DNA from: Myxococcota bacterium | GTDB lineage: Bacteria; Myxococcota_C; UBA6777 | Assembly: GCA_023150835.1 (NCBI GenBank) | Contig: JAKLKB010000056.1 | Location: 1-45,683 of the forward strand | Length of the DNA: 45,683 nucleotides | Direction: 5' to 3' | Part shown: positions 9,646 to 19,321 of the stretch, piece by piece | Position numbering within the stretch: the stretch's first letter is position 1 | How the letters are laid out: every line of letters begins with the position of its first letter | Made by a program: the position numbers and the translations under genes | Notes under the pieces: generated by a model | What the model was told of the DNA's origin: nothing | Database searches by the model: none | Seen by the model: only the letters and a program-made list of their open reading frames with translations

Positions 9646-11502
9646 ATGCACAACCAAGAATCCGAACGCACCATCCTGATCGTCGACGATGAACCCGACA
9701 ACTTCGACGTGTTCGAAGTGTTGCTCGATGGTGAACCTTATGTACTCCATTACGCTCCAGACGGCCACAACGCGCTCGCCTTGCTCGAACGTTTTCGTCC
9801 TGACGCCATCCTCCTTGATGTCATGATGCCCGGGATGGACGGGGTCGAAGTCTGCCAGCGCATCCGCTCTATCCCAGCGCTACAACATACGCCTCTTTTG
9901 ATGGTGACGGCCCTCACTTCCAAAGACGATCTCGCACGTTGTCTTGCGGCAGGTGCCGATGACTTTCTCAGCAAACCTGTCGATGGCACAGAGCTTCGTG
10001 CGCGCTTGCGCTCGGCCTTGCGTATCTACCAACAACACATCGAGATCCAAAACCTCCTCGAAAAACTCCAATACGCCAACCGCGAACTTGCCGTGTTTAG
10101 CACCCGCCTCGAAAAAAAGGTCCAAGAACGCACACAACAACTCGAACAAGTCATCTTTTTTGACCAACTCACCCAACTCTCCAGCCGCCCTCATCTTTAT
10201 CGCCGACTACAAAAAACCCTCAAAAAACAAAGCGAAGATCCCAACGTCCTCTTCGCTCTTTTGTATATCGATTGCGATCAATTTCAGCTTATCAACGGCT
10301 CTCTCGGCTATGAAGTCGGCGATCAACTCTTACAAAGGATCGCCAAACGCCTTCAGGACTTGTTGCGCCCTGACGATCTTCTCGCACGCCTTGATGGTGA
10401 CGACTTTTGCTTCCTGCTTGAACACATCGACACACCCGACGACGCTGTCACCTTTGCAAAACTCGTCTTAGAATCCTTTCAAGCCCCCTTCCAAGGCGAA
10501 CATTACGAGATCTACGTCACCGCTTGTATCGGTTTGGTCTACGGCTTCCCTCCCCCCTATCAGCGCCCTGATGCCCCTCTACGCGACGCAGATACAGCAG
10601 TAAGACTCGCCAAAAAACAAGGAAAAGGCCGCCTCCAAGTCTTTGCTCCACAGATGCAAAGCGATCACATCGAGCGCCTGCATCTCGAAAATGATCTCCG
10701 TCGCGCTCTACACAACCAAGCCTTTCAACTCCATTACCAACCCATCTGGCATCTGGCCTCTCGCAGCATCGTCGGATACGAGGCGCTCTTGCGTTGGATG
10801 CACCCCACACGCGGCATGATCCCACCGTCTGTCTTTATCCCATGTACCGAAGAAACCGGGCTGATCGTCCCTCTCGGACACCTCGCCTTGCACCAAGCCT
10901 GCTCACAACGCAAACAATGGCTCGATCTCGGCCTGAACCATGCCTACGTCAGCGTCAATCTCTCCCCCCGCCAATTCTCTCACCCCTCCTTGCTCCAAGA
11001 TCTCGACCAGATCCTCGAAGACACACAGCTCCCCCCGCATCTCCTTCACATCGAGATCACCGAAAGCGCCCTCATGGAATACCCCCAACAAGCCATCGAG
11101 ATCACCCAACAGATCGCCGAACGCCAGATATCCATCAGCATCGATGACTTTGGGACGGGTTATTCTTCGCTATACTACCTCGCTCAATTTCCGATCCACA
11201 CCATCAAACTGGATCGCTCCTTTACCCAAAAGATCACGACGCATCCCGAACACAACGAGATCGCACGCGCTGTCCTTCACCTCGGGCAAAGCCTCCAAAA
11301 AAACGTCATCGCCGAAGGCATCGAACACGAAGAACACCTCCAACAATTGCTCTCCATGCGGTGCCGTTGTGGGCAAGGCTACCATCTCTCCCGCCCCCTT
11401 TCCCCCAAAGAGATCTTCCCTCTCCTCAAAGAAAAAGCCGCCCCCTCCGACCTTTGCAACGAAAACAAACTCGCCAACAGCCCCTCAATCTCCACCAAAT
11501 AA
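9646..11502 (+). CDS. REC-GGDEF(degenerate)-EAL response regulator, probable c-di-GMP phosphodiesterase
   Basis: REC IVDD/LLDVMMP/SKP; RLDGDDF at the GGDEF position; YEALLRW, EITES, DDFGTGYSS, KLDRSF, AEGIE, QGY. Confidence 0.92.
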   Translation: MHNQESERTILIVDDEPDNFDVFEVLLDGEPYVLHYAPDGHNALALLERFRPDAILLDVMMPGMDGVEVCQRIRSIPALQHTPLLMVTALTSKDDLARCLAAGADDFLSKPVDGTELRARLRSALRIYQQHIEIQNLLEKLQYANRELAVFSTRLEKKVQERTQQLEQVIFFDQLTQLSSRPHLYRRLQKTLKKQSEDPNVLFALLYIDCDQFQLINGSLGYEVGDQLLQRIAKRLQDLLRPDDLLARLDGDDFCFLLEHIDTPDDAVTFAKLVLESFQAPFQGEHYEIYVTACIGLVYGFPPPYQRPDAPLRDADTAVRLAKKQGKGRLQVFAPQMQSDHIERLHLENDLRRALHNQAFQLHYQPIWHLASRSIVGYEALLRWMHPTRGMIPPSVFIPCTEETGLIVPLGHLALHQACSQRKQWLDLGLNHAYVSVNLSPRQFSHPSLLQDLDQILEDTQLPPHLLHIEITESALMEYPQQAIEITQQIAERQISISIDDFGTGYSSLYYLAQFPIHTIKLDRSFTQKITTHPEHNEIARAVLHLGQSLQKNVIAEGIEHEEHLQQLLSMRCRCGQGYHLSRPLSPKEIFPLLKEKAAPSDLCNENKLANSPSISTK

Positions 11503-14500
11503 CGCCTCTTCCGCCTCCGTACGATATGCCGCCAACGTCTGCCGCAACGCCACACGCTCGACCTCTTCCAACACCCCCAACGCTCGCGAAAAACAAGCAC
11601 GCGGCGATTGAGGAACATCGCGCAGCCCTCGCTGCTCACGTTCGAGCGTTTCACGCAGCACGACCGTCAAGGTGTGCAATCCAGCAGCACCTTCGGCTTC
11701 GCCCTGAGGTGCCTCTCCCGCACGCTCTCCTCCCCAATACTTCGCCAAGATCGCCAACCCCGCCACCATCTCTTCCAACAATTCTTCTTGGATCGCATAA
11801 CGATCCAACTCGCACCATGTTTCTCGCTCAAAACGGTACGCATACAAAAACAACCCGACCCGATGCACCCGCTCCATATCCTCCGCCAAGATCCGCAATC
11901 CTTGCTCAAGGCACGCCATATCCGACGCTTCCAACGCCTGCTCAATTCGCTCTGCCCACCTCACCGTCGCAAGAAAACGCAATCGCTTGACGTCACGAAG
12001 CGTCGCGTCCTTATGCGCTTGAAGCTCCGTCGGCGACTCATCGTAAAACCACCGAAAATCCGTCATGTCAGCGTCCCACACTCTCAATTTCCCCAGCGCC
12101 TCGTCGATCTCCAACGCAGCCGAACCATCGATATCCTTGACCTTCCCCAATAGGCGCAACGCTTCCCACAGAATCTCCATATCATCCACCGCTCCAAACA
12201 CCTGTAGGATCGGCGCGATCACCGCAGAGGAACAAGCCACGCCACACAGCCCGCGCAACTTCCACACCAGCGAATCGTTGAAATTTTCGGCCATCTCGGA
12301 CCTCAGGCTCCGCAACATCGGCTCTTCGGCTTCCTTGATCCCCCAATCTCCCAACAACACAGCGCTTTGGTTTTGCTCTTCGCTTCGATCCATCGATTCC
12401 CGTGAAAGAGTTAATAACAGTCGCGGAACCAGCGCAGGCACCACCACTCCAATCCGACACAGCGCCTCCATACACGCTGCCATCCGAGAGCTGATCGCAT
12501 CGTCATCAAACAACACCTCCGGCTGCCCCTCCAACGAAACATCCACACGCGCCCTGTGGTAGAGGCCCATCACATGGACGATTCCATCGACAGCTTCTGT
12601 TGCACCCATCGTCCCCAAAGCTTCGACTGTTTCTGCCAAGATCCTCTCCCAAGAAAGATCAGACTCCATATCGTCATAAGAATCCCAATCGTCGTCATCT
12701 TCTTCTTCAAAAAATTGAGGGAGCCAAGGATCGTTGTCATCGTCTAAATCGTCGATTTCATCCGCCAAATCCAGATCGTCATCCGAGTCCTCGGCGGCCA
12801 GCCCATGATGGCCACGCCCCACAGCCGATCGTCGCCCTTCGGACCCGCTGTCACCGTCCTCCTCCCCTTGATCGGGATGCTCCGCCGCATCTTCTTCCAA
12901 AGACACGAGGGTTCGCTCTAAAAACCCGACCAGCGCAGGGATTGCGCTGCGTGCATCCAATCCGCTTTTCTGCAACGCCTGCAACGCCAACACCATCTCC
13001 CCTCGATCCTCTCCATCGAGTAACTGCAACAAAACCGAAAAGCTCTCTGCATCGCGCATCTTTCTCAACGCCCTGAGCAGACCCGAACGAAAAAACACAT
13101 CCGACTCTTCTTTCGCCAGCAACGCCCGCAGATGCGGCGCTGTTTCTTGCACCCACTCCCCCCAGTTCTCCGCAGCATTCACCACCGACGCCAACACGTC
13201 CTTGCTGCGCTCTTTGCGAAGCCGCTCGCACAAAACACCTGCCACCGCATCTTTATGCTCCATGCGCAACGCGATGCGCTGCTCCTCAGACACCCGCTCA
13301 CCCGGCCATTCCTGCAAGGCCACCAGACTCGGCCCTCGCGCATCTTTCAGCCGATGTGATGCTCCCTTTAATAGCCCCATCAACGAAGCGGGCGTCCCCA
13401 CCTTCGCAAACGCCCCAAAAATCGGCGCGAACAAAGCCTTGTTTGGTTTCTTCGCGTACACAACTTCCGCCAAAAGAGGCAGCACCTTTTCCCCAAAAGC
13501 AACGATCCCATCCGACAGCAGATCGTACTGCCCCAAATGCCCGTACTGCTCGATGTACGACAGCATCACCGAGATCGCCGCTGGATCGCCTGTACCACCC
13601 AACGCTCGAAACGCCTCCGACAACGCCTCGTGATACTCCCAACCCACATGCGCAAACAAGAAAGCCCGCAAGCATTCCAACAACATCGGATGCTCACACT
13701 TCACCGAAGACAACGCCTCCACCCCTGCGTAGGACAACTCGCCGCGTTGTATCTGCCTCTCCACAAGGCGCAACACCGCCCCTTCCGCCTTGAGACGCAC
13801 AAGCCCCACCAAGGCCATCTCACGGACGTCTTCGCTGTCATCCTCTCTCGCTCGCCCCTCCAACGCCGTGACAACGTCCTCGTACCCTTCGACCTCTCGC
13901 GCATCCAGCAACATCTCCACAACGCGAAGCCTCACCCCCTCCGACCAAGATCCGAGCCGACGCAACATCGCTCGCAAGATGCCCGAAGGGATCGAATGTT
14001 CCTCCTCCACAGCATCCAAGATCTCGTTTTGCTCCTCTTCGTTTCGCGATGCCTCCAAATACCGCGCAACCACTTGTTCGCCGCGCTCATCCTCCACCAA
14101 CGCCCGACACGCAGAAGCCCGATATCGCTGATCTTTGAGCGATTCTTCCCACACCGCCAGCGGGATCTCAGGCATCTCAAACGACCACCTCTCTTCTGCT
14201 TGCAACAACAAATACGCCGCCCGTATCTGCGACGCCATCTGCGACCCCCTCAGCCTCCCCACCAAGGCCACCACGACCCCCTCCCCCTGCTCCAACAGCG
14301 CCTCTTGAAAGTCATCCTCCAACGCAAGCTCCTCGATCCTCCAACACGCCCCCAACAACGCCTCGATCAACCCCTCCTCCACCCGTTCGTACTCTGCGAT
14401 CACCCCCACCGCCGCTCTCACCACGCGCAACTCATCGCTACCCAATGCCTCCAACAACAGCGATCCCTCTACCCCTTCCAAGCCCTGATCTCGTTTCGAC

Positions 14501-15132
14501 CACAAGATCACCAACGCAGAATCCCGAAAGCTCCGATCTGCCGAGGACAACAGCACACGCAATCGCGCATCACCTTCCTCGCAATCCCACCTGACCCAAC
14601 CTTCTTCCGCCCCTCGACGAACCTCGTCGACTTCTTCCCCCAACAACCGACACAGCGCCTCCAACAACACCTCCCTACGCACCGAATCCTCGCCATCCTC
14701 CCCATAAACCGCTGTTCTCCCCAACAACACACCTGCTTTCGCCCGAATCCTCGACTCTCCATCTCGGCTTGCCTTTAACAACAACGGCAACAACTTCTCC
14801 TCATAGTCTTCCGACAACGCCACCGCAAACTCATCGCTTGACCGCTGCCTCCCCCAAAACAACTCCTCGGCCTGCCAAAGCGATAGCCCCTCCAATCCCT
14901 GAAGATCACTCCCCCCTGAATCCCTATCCAGAACCTCCTCCAATCGCTCCATCGCCAAGAAACGCACTTCCGACGAGGGATCGCCTATCGCTCCACAAAG
15001 CAGCCGAATATCCGCAGCTTTTAACCGATGCACTTGCGGATTCAACCGACGCAATGCCTCCAATCGCGCTTGCTCCGGCTCAGACACCAGATCCGACAGA
15101 TATCCCTGCTGCTTCTGCTTTTTCTTTGCCAT
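11485..15132 (-). CDS. Large HEAT-repeat protein (~1215 aa) with an internal acidic tract
   Basis: HEAT-like repeats (GDPSSEVRFLAMERL, EDDSEDVREMALVGL); start inferred at MAKKKQ (15132) because the longer ORF overlaps a convincing + strand gene. Confidence 0.75.
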   Translation of the reverse strand: MAKKKQKQQGYLSDLVSEPEQARLEALRRLNPQVHRLKAADIRLLCGAIGDPSSEVRFLAMERLEEVLDRDSGGSDLQGLEGLSLWQAEELFWGRQRSSDEFAVALSEDYEEKLLPLLLKASRDGESRIRAKAGVLLGRTAVYGEDGEDSVRREVLLEALCRLLGEEVDEVRRGAEEGWVRWDCEEGDARLRVLLSSADRSFRDSALVILWSKRDQGLEGVEGSLLLEALGSDELRVVRAAVGVIAEYERVEEGLIEALLGACWRIEELALEDDFQEALLEQGEGVVVALVGRLRGSQMASQIRAAYLLLQAEERWSFEMPEIPLAVWEESLKDQRYRASACRALVEDERGEQVVARYLEASRNEEEQNEILDAVEEEHSIPSGILRAMLRRLGSWSEGVRLRVVEMLLDAREVEGYEDVVTALEGRAREDDSEDVREMALVGLVRLKAEGAVLRLVERQIQRGELSYAGVEALSSVKCEHPMLLECLRAFLFAHVGWEYHEALSEAFRALGGTGDPAAISVMLSYIEQYGHLGQYDLLSDGIVAFGEKVLPLLAEVVYAKKPNKALFAPIFGAFAKVGTPASLMGLLKGASHRLKDARGPSLVALQEWPGERVSEEQRIALRMEHKDAVAGVLCERLRKERSKDVLASVVNAAENWGEWVQETAPHLRALLAKEESDVFFRSGLLRALRKMRDAESFSVLLQLLDGEDRGEMVLALQALQKSGLDARSAIPALVGFLERTLVSLEEDAAEHPDQGEEDGDSGSEGRRSAVGRGHHGLAAEDSDDDLDLADEIDDLDDDNDPWLPQFFEEEDDDDWDSYDDMESDLSWERILAETVEALGTMGATEAVDGIVHVMGLYHRARVDVSLEGQPEVLFDDDAISSRMAACMEALCRIGVVVPALVPRLLLTLSRESMDRSEEQNQSAVLLGDWGIKEAEEPMLRSLRSEMAENFNDSLVWKLRGLCGVACSSAVIAPILQVFGAVDDMEILWEALRLLGKVKDIDGSAALEIDEALGKLRVWDADMTDFRWFYDESPTELQAHKDATLRDVKRLRFLATVRWAERIEQALEASDMACLEQGLRILAEDMERVHRVGLFLYAYRFERETWCELDRYAIQEELLEEMVAGLAILAKYWGGERAGEAPQGEAEGAAGLHTLTVVLRETLEREQRGLRDVPQSPRACFSRALGVLEEVERVALRQTLAAYRTEAEEALFGGD

Positions 15133-15504
15133 CGCCTTGTCCCTTGGTACTTTGCGTACTTTGTCTAGCTCTCCCAACCAACGGATCTCCTCCAAAACGC
15201 TGCATCCTACCCACTCCTCCCCCTTCCAAGCAAGCCTCTTCCTCCCCAAAACCTCCTGCTCTGTCTCGCAAACGCGGCGGTTTGTGTTCCCTACCCCAAC
15301 CAAATCCCCACACCCTACCCATCGATCACGCACGATCAAAAAAGCGATCCAAAATTCTTTTGAATGGAAGATCGCGATCTGCGTCTCACAACACAGAACG
15401 CAAGCGAAAAGCGATGCACTCCACACAGATGGAAAGATATCGTTTCTTTTCAACATCCCTTTTCGACTTTCGTCACTCACACACCCCAAAAAGGAGACCG
15501 CACG

Positions 15505-15798
15505 ATGAAACAAATTCTTACCCTTGTCGCTGCTCTTTTTCTCGTCGTTGGCTTTCAACAAAAAGCCGAAGCCAAAAGAGTCTGCATCAAATTTAAAAAG
15601 ATCTGCATCCGATACGCCGCTCCTGTCGTGAAAAAGAACTGCGTCTCTTGGAAAAATCAAACAAGATGCGCCAAATACGGACCCAAAAAGCGCTGCGTCA
15701 AGCTGGTTTCCGCTGGTCGCGTGTGCATCAAGTACGTCTTCGTGAAAAGCAAACGCGCTTGTGTCGGTGGTTGGAAGCGAAAGTGCATCAAGTGGTAA
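15505..15798 (+). CDS. Small secreted cationic Cys-rich peptide (97 aa precursor)
   Basis: AAGGAG RBS; Sec signal MKQILTLVAALFLVVGFQQKAEA; mature part has 8 Cys, 24 K/R and no D/E. Confidence 0.8.
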   Translation: MKQILTLVAALFLVVGFQQKAEAKRVCIKFKKICIRYAAPVVKKNCVSWKNQTRCAKYGPKKRCVKLVSAGRVCIKYVFVKSKRACVGGWKRKCIKW

Positions 15799-15861
15799 TC
15801 CACCCAACGGTTCAACGCTTCGACTCCGCAGGCTAAACCATTCCCCCTATTCTCCATCCCG

Positions 15862-16050
15862 CCCATCCCACAACCCTTTTGTGCTACTCCCTCCATCCCA
15901 CAACCCTTTTGTGCTACTCCCTCCATCCCACAACCCTTTTGTGCTACTCCCTCCATCCCACAACCCTTTTGTGCTGCTCCCTCCCTCCCACGACCCTTTT
16001 GTGCTACTCCCTCCCTCCCACGACCCTTTTGTGCTACTCCCCCCATCCCA
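15862..16050 (+). repeat. 30-bp tandem repeat, 6 copies
   Basis: CAACCCTTTTGTGCTACTCCCTCCATCCCA starting at 15871, 15901, 15931, 15961, 15991 and 16021; no spacers. Confidence 0.95.
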
Positions 16051-16110
16051 TCCCGCCCACCCCTTAAAAAACCGCCACTCCGCAAGAGCCTGTCACCCCT
16101 TGCCCCCCCC

Positions 16111-16166
16111 TTCTTGTCTTTTTCCGTGCCTTCCGTGGACTCTTCTTGTCTTTTTCCGTGCCTTCC
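16111..16166 (+). repeat. Short direct repeat TTCTTGTCTTTTTCCGTGCCTTCC x2, containing a CCGTGGACTCTTCTTGT motif
   Basis: Seen directly; the 17-mer recurs at 37285-37301. Confidence 0.75.
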
Positions 16167-16356
16167 TTTGAAGTGTCGCATCCCCCCTTGTTGTCGTTGC
16201 CGTAAAAGACTAACCTGAAAAGCGCTTCTTCTGGTTTGCGGCCCCATCGAGCCACTCTTTTTCCAGACGCGAACAACGCTCTCGCACAAATTTCACGCAT
16301 TCCAAGCCGCCCACAACCCCGCTATCTCCAACCAAGCACCAAAGGGATCACAAGGA

Positions 16357-17055
16357 ATGGCAGACAAAAAATATCCCGAAACCTTGTCACCGCCCCCCGC
16401 TACCGCACCTGCCAACGAGGCCATCTCCACCGAACCGATCGAGGACACCCACGATGCGGCCTTCTCCCGCCGCGACTTCCTCAAAACATCCGGCCTCGGC
16501 GTACTCACTTCATACCTCGTCGGAAGCGCCCAAAGCCACGCTCTCACCCCCAAGTCCACTCCCTCCCAAGGCGTGTTACCCCAAGAAGGCGCACCCATCA
16601 CGTTTTACGTCAACGGGCAGGCCCGCCAAATCCACGTCGAACCACGCACCACACTCGCCGAAGCTCTCCGCGAAAAGCTCCACCTGACGGGAACCAAGGT
16701 GATCTGTGATCGCGGTTCTTGCGGGGGTTGTACCGTCCAAGTCAACGGTGAAGCCGTCTGCTCTTGTATGATGCTCGCTGTCGACGCCCACAACGCACAG
16801 ATCACCACCATCGAAGGGCTTGCCAAAGGCGATCAACTTCATCCCCTCCAACAAGCTTTTGTCGAGTGTGATGCCCTTCAATGCGGATATTGTACGCCCG
16901 GCATGGTGATGTCCTGCAAAGCACTCCTTGATCGCAATCCCACACCCAGCCTCGACGAAGTCAAAGATGCTGTGGCTGGAAACCTTTGTCGATGTGGAGC
17001 GCATCCCCATGTCTTCGAAGCGGCCTTGCTTGCCGCCAAGCGTATGAAGGGATAG
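16357..17055 (+). CDS. Xanthine dehydrogenase family 2Fe-2S subunit with Tat signal (PaoA/YagT-like)
   Basis: SRRDFLK twin-arginine motif; CDRGSCGGC...C and QCGYC...CRC cluster motifs. Confidence 0.92.
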   Translation: MADKKYPETLSPPPATAPANEAISTEPIEDTHDAAFSRRDFLKTSGLGVLTSYLVGSAQSHALTPKSTPSQGVLPQEGAPITFYVNGQARQIHVEPRTTLAEALREKLHLTGTKVICDRGSCGGCTVQVNGEAVCSCMMLAVDAHNAQITTIEGLAKGDQLHPLQQAFVECDALQCGYCTPGMVMSCKALLDRNPTPSLDEVKDAVAGNLCRCGAHPHVFEAALLAAKRMKG

Positions 17056-17057
17056 TT

Positions 17058-19307
17058 ATGTCTCAAGAGATCAAAAGCAAACTCGGTTTTCCCGGTCAAT
17101 GGCAAGAAACCACGTTGCGCATCCCTGACGATGAGCCCCCGCCTTGGGATCCCTCCTACAAATTTCAAACCGTCAACAAGGCCGTCCCACGGGTCGATGC
17201 CTTTGCCAAAGTGACGGGGCGCGCAACCTACACAACCGATATCCGCAAGCCCGGCCTCCTGTATGGCCGCCTGTTGGTTTCCTCCCATCCTTCGGCCACG
17301 ATCAAATCGATCGATGTCAGCAAAGCCAAAGCCCTCACGGGCGTCAAAGCCGTGATCGCCCTACCCATCAAAGAAGTCCGATTTGTCGGACAAGAGATCG
17401 CAGCCGTCGCAGCGACCTCTTCTCAGATCGCCGATGATGCGCTGCGTTTGATCAAAGTCGAATACGATCCGCGCCCATTTGTCGTCGATGTCGAAACTGC
17501 TCGCAAAGAAGGCGCTCCGCTCGTCTTCCCCAAACGTGCCGCCCAAGCCCCCGAAGGAAAAAGCGCAAACGTCACACCGCAACGCATCACCAAACGCGGC
17601 GATATCGAAGCGGGCTTCAAGCGCGCTGAGCACATCCTCGAAGGCCAATTCCGCACACAAGTCCAAACCCATAGCTGCCTCGAACCCCACGCCTTTACCG
17701 CCGAATGGGAAGGCGATCAACTCACCGTCTGGGCTTCGACACAAAGCACCTTTAGCGTCCGTGACGAACTGGCCCAAGTCTTCGAGATATCGCCCAGCAA
17801 AGTCCGCGTCTTTTCCGAATACATGGGCGGCGGCTTTGGTTCCAAGTTCGGCGCACGCGCCTCGGGAAAACTCGCCGCCATGCTCGCCAAAGAAGCCAAA
17901 GCCCCTGTATGCCTGATCCCCTCGCGCAAAGAAGAACACCTCACCCACGGCAACCGACCCAACTCCGTTCAACACTTCAAAATGGGCGTCCGCAACGACG
18001 GCACGATCACCGCTATGCAACTCACCTCCTACGGAACAGGCGGGATCGCAGGCGGCGCAGCAGCAACACGCCCGATGCTCGGACTTTATCGCTGCCCAAA
18101 CAAACTTGCCATCGACGAAGATGTCTTTACACATGCCGGACCTGCTCGTGCTTTCCGCGCTCCCGGACACCCGCAAGGCGCTTTTTCTCTCGAACAGATG
18201 GTCGATATGTGCGCTGAAAAGATCGGCATGGACCCCCTTCAGATCCGCCTACAAAACGACCCACACACCGTTCGCCGCGCACAAATGGAGCTTGGCGCAA
18301 AACGCATCGGTTGGGATCGCCGAAACAAAACTCCCGGCACTCAAAAAGGCCCGATCATGCGCGGACTCGGGATGGCTTCTTCGCTTTGGTACAACACAGG
18401 CTCCGCAGGAGCCGAGATCCTCGTCAAGATCCACAAAGACGGTCGCGTCGAAGCCTTTAGCGGCGGCCAAGACATCGGCACCGGCATACGCACCCTCATC
18501 GCCCAAGTCGTCGCCGAAGAACTCGGTATCCCCCTTCAACTCCTCCACGTCCACATCGGCGATACACAACATCCCTACGCTCCCGGATCCGGCGGTAGCA
18601 AGACCACTCCTTGTGTCACCCCTGCCGCCCGAAAAGCCGCCTTTCTTGCCAAACAAAAGCTCTTTGACCTCGCTCGCACTCTACTCAAACTCGAACCCAA
18701 AACGCCGATGATTGCACAACAATCTCGCATCTTTTCCAAAGCAGACCCCAAGATGTCCGTCGACTGGGCACAGCTCACGCGATATCTCCCCAACGGCATC
18801 CTCAGCGTCCAAGCCACGCGCGCTCACAACTACGCCGCTTACAACAACATCATCGCTGGCGTCCAATTTGCCGAAGTCGAAGTCGACACACAGACCGGCC
18901 TGATCCGCGTCCTCAAGATCGTTGCGGTCCATGACTGCGGACTCGTCCTCAACAAACTCACGGCACGCAGCCAAGTCAACGGCGGCGTCATCCAAGGCAT
19001 CAGCTACGCCCTCTTTGAAGATCGCATCCTCGACCCACGCACAGGACAGATGGTCAACCCCAACTTTGAACACTACAAGATCGCAGGTTCTCGCGAGATA
19101 CCCGAGATCGATGCCGTCCTCTTCGATGTCTACGCTGGATCCAACAACACCCATGCCCTCGGGCTCGGTGAACCCACCACCGTCCCCACCGCTGCTGCCA
19201 TCGCAAACGCCGTATACAACGCCACGGGCGCACGGCTTTTTGAACTGCCCATGACGCCTGATCGCGTCCTCAAGGCCCTCGCACAACGCCGCAGCCCACA
19301 AAAATAA
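17058..19307 (+). CDS. Xanthine dehydrogenase family molybdopterin-binding subunit (PaoC/YagR-like)
   Basis: RVDAFAKVTG, HSCLEPH, MGGGFGSK, AFRAPGHPQG, QDIGTG, GSGGS, GLGEP (catalytic Glu); ATG 2 nt after the upstream stop. Confidence 0.92.
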   Translation: MSQEIKSKLGFPGQWQETTLRIPDDEPPPWDPSYKFQTVNKAVPRVDAFAKVTGRATYTTDIRKPGLLYGRLLVSSHPSATIKSIDVSKAKALTGVKAVIALPIKEVRFVGQEIAAVAATSSQIADDALRLIKVEYDPRPFVVDVETARKEGAPLVFPKRAAQAPEGKSANVTPQRITKRGDIEAGFKRAEHILEGQFRTQVQTHSCLEPHAFTAEWEGDQLTVWASTQSTFSVRDELAQVFEISPSKVRVFSEYMGGGFGSKFGARASGKLAAMLAKEAKAPVCLIPSRKEEHLTHGNRPNSVQHFKMGVRNDGTITAMQLTSYGTGGIAGGAAATRPMLGLYRCPNKLAIDEDVFTHAGPARAFRAPGHPQGAFSLEQMVDMCAEKIGMDPLQIRLQNDPHTVRRAQMELGAKRIGWDRRNKTPGTQKGPIMRGLGMASSLWYNTGSAGAEILVKIHKDGRVEAFSGGQDIGTGIRTLIAQVVAEELGIPLQLLHVHIGDTQHPYAPGSGGSKTTPCVTPAARKAAFLAKQKLFDLARTLLKLEPKTPMIAQQSRIFSKADPKMSVDWAQLTRYLPNGILSVQATRAHNYAAYNNIIAGVQFAEVEVDTQTGLIRVLKIVAVHDCGLVLNKLTARSQVNGGVIQGISYALFEDRILDPRTGQMVNPNFEHYKIAGSREIPEIDAVLFDVYAGSNNTHALGLGEPTTVPTAAAIANAVYNATGARLFELPMTPDRVLKALAQRRSPQK

Positions 19308-19321
19308 CCAGAGGAGCGTCT

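Noticed and set aside
15133-15807. N-terminal 225 aa of the 1440 aa ORF
   Set aside because: It is antisense to a gene with a clear RBS and signal peptide, and does not resemble HEAT repeats
15862-16050. CRISPR array (30-bp repeats)
   Set aside because: Units are head-to-tail with no unique spacers, and there are no cas genes in the window
15657-16289. ORFs with GVAQKGCGME / PSHNPFVLLP repeats
   Set aside because: Translations of the 30-bp minisatellite; no RBS or other support
16170-16356. Moco riboswitch upstream of the Mo-enzyme operon
   Set aside because: No recognisable conserved structure by eye; an Rfam scan would be needed
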